64,000 nt of DNA, taken from contig CM060733.1 in the NCBI GenBank assembly GCA_030704615.1, positions 54,498,001-54,562,000 on the forward strand, written 5' to 3'. The position numbers were made by a program, and so were the translations under genes. The stretch's first letter is position 1. Every line of letters begins with the position of its first letter. This DNA comes from Takakia lepidozioides. Taxonomy: Eukaryota; Plantae; Bryophyta. Below are positions 60,766-64,000 of the stretch, piece by piece. The notes under the pieces are model-generated. The model made no database searches. It saw only the letters and a list, made by a program, of their open reading frames with translations, and was not told the origin of the DNA.

Positions 60766-63700
60766 CGCGCGATCGCGCGTGTATCCTACAGTAGAGATTC
60801 TGGTGATGAATGATTCGGCACTATATCGATGGACACTAAAAAAGAGTGAAACAATAAGTTACTGAAGTTTGTTTAGAAAAACTGAGGATAAAGATGAAAA
60901 GGAACCTCGCGCAATCGCCCGCGTTTAGGGTTATAATGATTTAGAAATTGAAAATAGAACTCGGACTCTCGGATTGTCTACTAGAATATAGAACGTGGGT
61001 CTCTATTGGTCGAAACAGAAATTTGTAGAAAATTAAAGGATCTGCTAAAGCTACGACCCGAATGCACAACATTGTCTACGACTCCATAACAGAAATAGAA
61101 CCACATCGAACTGAGAGGGAAAAAATGGCATGCGTGCACGCGGTAGACTCTTATACGGATTGTCAAACAGTACGAGGTCGACGTGTTCACATTACAGAGG
61201 TGCATTCGGAGTGTCATGGATGGACAAATTGTCGCCCTGGATATGCTCTTTCATGTAATCTAGTGGCTATTATGTGTCATCCAGAGCATAAATTCAAGTA
61301 GGAGTCTGAAATCCACCGAACATTAATGGGTCCCTAAGTTATTGCGTCCCATGCGAATAACTAACTGATTCGAGATCTGGAATCTGACATCCAAAGCACC
61401 AGAGAAGCAGAAAATCCAATATTGAATTAATTATACAAGAGAAGGAATAGACGGCGACGAAAATGGCCGCCTCTTAAGGCCATTGTGATGAGCCGGCGAC
61501 CATCTATGGCATGGTGACATTAAGTAGCCGCAATGAACGTGGGGCCGTAGATGAGGTGTAGGTAGAGAAAACGTGAGACCGATCAAATCCCAGATGCACT
61601 TCCCGACACCTCATTATTCAACCTATGAATAATATTTTATCATTGGATGAAATAAGAGCCTTCGTGGATAAAACAGACGTATACTGGATGAGATGACTGC
61701 CCTAGTGGATGATTCAACTCCCCTCATGGATGAGCGCCGTCACGGGAACCCGCAATAATTCCAGGGTGTTCACTTTATGAAGGCGTCGGATTGTCGCGCC
61801 GTAACGCTCTGGACAAACTAGTGGAGTATATTCATTACTGACAGTCATGTCGCATCATTGATTGTACCTGCATAAATTTAGGGGTCCTCAGCGAACCGTT
61901 GGGAAACATCCCGCCTTTCATTCATCCATGCACCGAGGCCACAAACCGTAGGATGCGACATAACGCCGACGGTTGAGATCACAGGTGGTAAGGCATATAA
62001 GGAAGAGTGACCGAAATGAGTCTCTTTTTGCATTCATTTGATACACGCGGAAGCCCTGTTCAATTTTGGACTCAAGGAAGAGGTGAGAGAGAGAGCGGCT
62101 GAGCAAGAGAGGCAATGAGGTGGAGATCGAGTAAGCGAGAGAGTGAGGGATTCTTCTGTGGGCTGCAAAGATTGCAAGAAGGTAGAAGTTGCATGCTTGA
62201 TTGATTGTTTGCTTGTTTTGATTGTTTTGATTGTTTTGATTGCTTGTTTTGATTTTTGGATTGATTCCAGAGTTAAAGAGGTAGGATGGTCGATAGAAGG
62301 ATTGGGAATTGTAGAAGATTTCGGGATATGTATGCTTTCCTTGAGGAACGACTCCAGATTCGAGACATGAGAAATTCTGATTTCATAGGGTTCGTAGATA
62401 CAGCTGGCAACTGTTTAGGGTTTGCAGCCTATGGTGTAGGCCTCAGTATAGGTACCATGACACAGTCCATTCACGCGCGATCGCGCGTGAACTCATTTTA
62501 CCATGTACAGGTTTGGATATCAAACTGTGTTTTTCGCTTGATTCGGTTATGCACATTATTTCCATGATCTGCATTACGTGCCTCTCGAAGTAGGGATTCC
62601 TAGTGATTTCGTAAGCCGTAAAGAAACCTCGCGCGATCGCCCATGTTTATTTCAGTGATAGTATTGCGGAACATGGTTTAGTTAGGACTTGGAGCGAGGC
62701 CAGTAAGCATTTTCATCAAAGGAATGATCTGAACAAAGCACACGCGATCGTGTGTGCTTCATTCAGTAAAAGTCGTCACCTACAAGAGCACTAACCAACA
62801 GTAGGTAATACCAAACTGGGTTGAATAAATCATTCATTAGTAGGACAATAAACTTAGTGTTTTCAATTTTAAGGATTATGCAATTATTGAACCTTGCACA
62901 ATCGCGCTAATTTGACTCCATAGTTTACTGCATTGGATGAGAAATTGAAGATGTGATGCGAAAGAATGCCCTGAAGAAGCACGCGCGATCGCGCGTGCTT
63001 CATTTGGTTGGTACTTGTATTCTAGCGACCAACAACAACACCATTGATACCCAGATGATTAGATGACACATATGAGGATATGTCTGAGTGCATACTCAAA
63101 ACTCTAAAGTGTTTCGGAAGACATTAGTTCACATTATACAATATCAACTAAAATCTTCCGTCGTACGCAGAATATGATAATTCACGTATGTCGTGACATG
63201 GTCACTCTTATGTATGATGGGTGGAGGTGTTCAGTGTGGACACAATAGTACACAATAGTATCCAAATATCAATCCGAAAGTCCAGGGCAGTTTGAAATAT
63301 TACTTGTCGTCAACATCGCTTAGGTTGTTCATCGATTATGTCGACCAATGTTTCTGATTAGACAATGAAGATGTGATGTCCATAAATGGTTAAAAAGAGC
63401 GCGCGCGATCGCGCGTGTTTCATTCAGTGCAAGTCGTCACCTACAGAAGCCCTATCGAACAGTGGCTAATACCTAACTGTACGTGGTCGAAGAAATCATT
63501 CATTAGTAAGACAATAAACTCAATGTTTTCAATTAAAATGATTATGCAATGATTGATCATTGTGCAATCGCGCGAATTTGACTCCGTAGTAAACTACATT
63601 CGATGAGAAATTGAAGATGTGATGCGAAAGAATGCCCTAAAGAAGCAGTCGTTTCAGTCTTATTCTAAATATAAATAAAAACGACTTTCAGTTGGATAAT

Positions 63701-64000
63701 CCTCAATGTTCTCAATGTACTTTAATAGTCCTTCCGGTAGACTTCTCGCAGCGGGATGAAATTAGTTCATCTGTGTGGTGTGTCCTCAACTCAATAACGC
63801 GCGATCACGCGTGGTTCTGATGTTTCTACAGCTCAGAAGAATTTTCTTGGGATAATAGATGTCAGGATACTCTTATATGAGTGAAAGAACAAAGTCATGT
63901 ATATGGACTCTGTTCGCCATGCTTAGCAACATCGTTGTTGCTTATAATCGGATTTAACGTTATTGGAGGGAAAATTGTGGACCAAATACACGCGATCACG
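60766..64000. repeat. Dispersed CGCGCGATCGCGCG palindromes and ~245-bp duplicated units upstream of the transposase
   Basis: Copies at ~60766, 60908, 62470, 62630, 62736, 62976, 63402, 63797, 63988; unit ~62736-62980 repeated at ~63398-63647. Confidence 0.9.

Noticed and set aside
61062-62090. Possible second (+ strand) gene in the Sola-like element
   Set aside because: Only short fragments with stops; no motif recognised.

Overview
Eukaryotic plant nuclear DNA. The gene types, PLS-DYW PPR style and TE families suggest a non-seed land plant (inference). The first 27 kb is gene-dense. It holds an 11-exon (visible) GH127 beta-L-arabinofuranosidase-like gene, an intronless 1922-aa RST1/focadhesin, a 7-exon nucleotide-sugar transporter, a FAS1-domain gene, and a RAF1-like gene encoding only the alpha (Rubisco-binding) half. 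Four 5'-truncated copies of one tail-less LINE are scattered through it. From 27-45 kb lies a nested TE block: a chromovirus (Ty3/gypsy) and its solo LTR, a minisatellite, and a Copia joined inside one TSD to a short LTR carrying a tRNA-like Pol III cassette (Helenus-type TRIM). From 45-64 kb there is an alpha/beta-hydrolase-like gene, CACTA relics, a PLS-E-DYW RNA-editing factor and a Sola-like transposon with CpG-rich palindromic repeats. The most striking signal is that the DYW-PPR gene has intron-split OSB-type PDF (ssDNA-binding) motifs spliced onto its N-terminus. All exon models were read by eye and are not transcript-verified.
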